NCBI GenBank assembly: GCA_030704615.1
Contig: CM060733.1
Location: forward strand, 14,198,001 to 14,262,000
Length of the DNA: 64,000 nt
Reading direction: 5' to 3'
Origin: Takakia lepidozioides
Taxonomy: Eukaryota; Plantae; Bryophyta
Made by a program: the position numbers and the translations under genes
The notes under the pieces: model-generated
Told to the model about the DNA's origin: nothing
Database searches by the model: none
The model's input: only the letters and a program-made list of their open reading frames with translations
Shown: in pieces, positions 63,301 through 64,000 of the stretch
Numbering within the stretch: the first letter of the stretch is position 1
Layout: each line of letters begins with the position of its first letter

Positions 63301-64000
63301 CTGCAGTTAAAGCAGGTATACACCCCACATTAGTACCACCCTCAGCGGATTGTTTATGTAATCATCTCACAAGTAGGGAGCTTAGAAGACAGCAACCTTC
63401 ATGAAGTATGTGGCTGGATTAGCTTACAGAAAGAACCGATCCCAGTTTCTTACTATCCCAAATACGTCCTGTTTGAAGGAAGGTTACAGTAGACCAAGTG
63501 CAGGCCACAACTTGGATGCTTGTTGGCCTACAAATCTGTGGAAGGGTCAGGTGATGCCGCAGAGCTCCAAACCCTGCAACAGAACCTAAGGAGTGGCCTC
63601 TGTTGGAGTGTTTGTTCACTTCAGTGTAACTAGTGCTCCTTGAATAGCAAGCTGGATACTTGCTATTCATGTCATGACAGAAAGGTTCAGATAGAAATAG
63701 CAAGTTGGACATTTGCTAGACATGCACATATCTGTTAGTCATGACGGACAGAGGACAGACAAAGGAGTTAAGGTAGGAATAGCACAAGGACTTCAAAAAG
63801 AAATATCTAAATTTGAGATCTGTATACTTAAGTAGGCATTCAGGCCATTTAGGCCACTCTCTGAAATAAATCGAGTCTCTCCTGTATGAAGTGTGAAACT
63901 TGTCTCCGCTTACATTGCTTGTATGTTTGTAGGTTCAAGCGTACTCATCATCTTTCCTCCTGTGAAAGTCCTCAAGCGAAGTGTCACCATGAGCTCTGGT

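Overview
Eukaryotic nuclear DNA from a non-seed land plant, most likely a bryophyte. This is inferred from spliced plant-type genes plus a dynein roadblock/LC7 light chain, which implies flagellated sperm. The left third (1-23 kb) is transposon- and repeat-rich. It holds a decayed L1/Tx1-type LINE with no recognisable endonuclease domain, nested 120-bp, 21-bp and 1010-bp tandem arrays, a hairpin array, and an internally deleted Ty3/Gypsy-type element. That element carries a C5 DNA-cytosine methyltransferase domain after its protease and a terminal PHD finger. Host genes: a divergent 15-exon DUR3-like symporter (-), three copies of a highly divergent ferritin-like gene with no transit peptide and substituted ferroxidase ligands (two -, one +; two are head-to-head around ABRE/RY motifs), a possible 50-aa microprotein gene, DYNLRB/LC7 (+), an intronless frameshifted SMO2 copy (+) and the 3' exons of FHIT (-). 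Small elements: a tandem tRNA-SINE pair, a TTAA-flanked piggyBac-like element and two abutting Harbinger MITEs. All translations, splice models and alignments were done by eye; no database searches were run.
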